Positions 63,597 to 64,000 of a stretch of 64,000 bases of DNA are shown one piece after another (positions within the stretch are counted from its first letter, which is position 1; every line of letters begins with the position of its first letter). The stretch is from Octopus sinensis (lineage: Eukaryota), in assembly GCF_006345805.1 (NCBI RefSeq), contig NC_042998.1, forward strand, positions 11,036,001-11,100,000, read 5' to 3'. The notes beneath the pieces are model-generated. The model made no database searches. It was not told the origin of the DNA and saw nothing but the letters and a program-made list of their open reading frames with translations. The position numbers and the translations under genes were made by a program.

Positions 63597-63601
63597 ATAT
63601 A

Positions 63602-63641
<40 letters not shown>

Positions 63642-64000
63642 TGCTAATAGCAATTAAAAGAGAACATAAATCATATTTCGAAGAAAATACAGCATAAATA
63701 GAAAATCTTCAACAGTCAGTGATAATATATAAAGTTAATTATTTATTTTAATCAGGTGAAGTCTAGCTTCTGTAAATAGCATGGTTGTTCTTTCATTCAC
63801 AAAATACAAGAATCTCTCATACATTTGGTACAGCCATCCGTATATATATATATATATATATATATAATTATATATATATATATATAGTCAGTAAAAAAGG
63901 GGTAGAATTAATTAATTGTTAATCAATTCGACCAAGCAGTATTCGGTATGTAAAAAGACCATTTACGGTATATTTGAAGTATTAATTTATAAAAATATGG

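Noticed and set aside
63660-63720. Minus-strand CTGTTGA...TCTTC-GAAA motif between (TA)n tracts
   Set aside because: The core is mutated and there is no stem I complementarity. It may be a decayed relative but is not supportable.

Overview
A 64-kb AT-rich, microsatellite-saturated eukaryotic region. Its SINE, LINE and microsatellite content points to an octopus (coleoid cephalopod) intron or intergenic interval; this taxonomic call is an inference. No intact host gene, true tRNA/rRNA gene or CRISPR array is supportable. Almost all listed ORFs are microsatellite read-through or retroelement debris. The window holds about 30 tRNA-derived SINE copies of at least five families, several with target-site duplications (TSDs). 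It also has decayed LINEs (RTE/BovB, CR1-like, R4/Dong with RT and restriction-like endonuclease, and an ORF1-only L1/Tx1-like element). Further debris includes two Penelope-like (PLE) RT/GIY-YIG remnants, Tc1/mariner remnants and two copies of a non-autonomous Helitron. The most interesting signal is a set of short non-coding elements next to (TA)n tracts that carry minimal type-I hammerhead ribozyme folds with palindromic stem III: one intact at 27996-28066, one near-intact and two point-damaged. Related elements end in inverted duplications of their own terminus that vary from about 16 bp to about 190 bp, giving long fold-back palindromes. Sequence homology links one palindrome to a hammerhead element, which suggests a non-autonomous ribozyme/fold-back retroelement system of probable Penelope origin.
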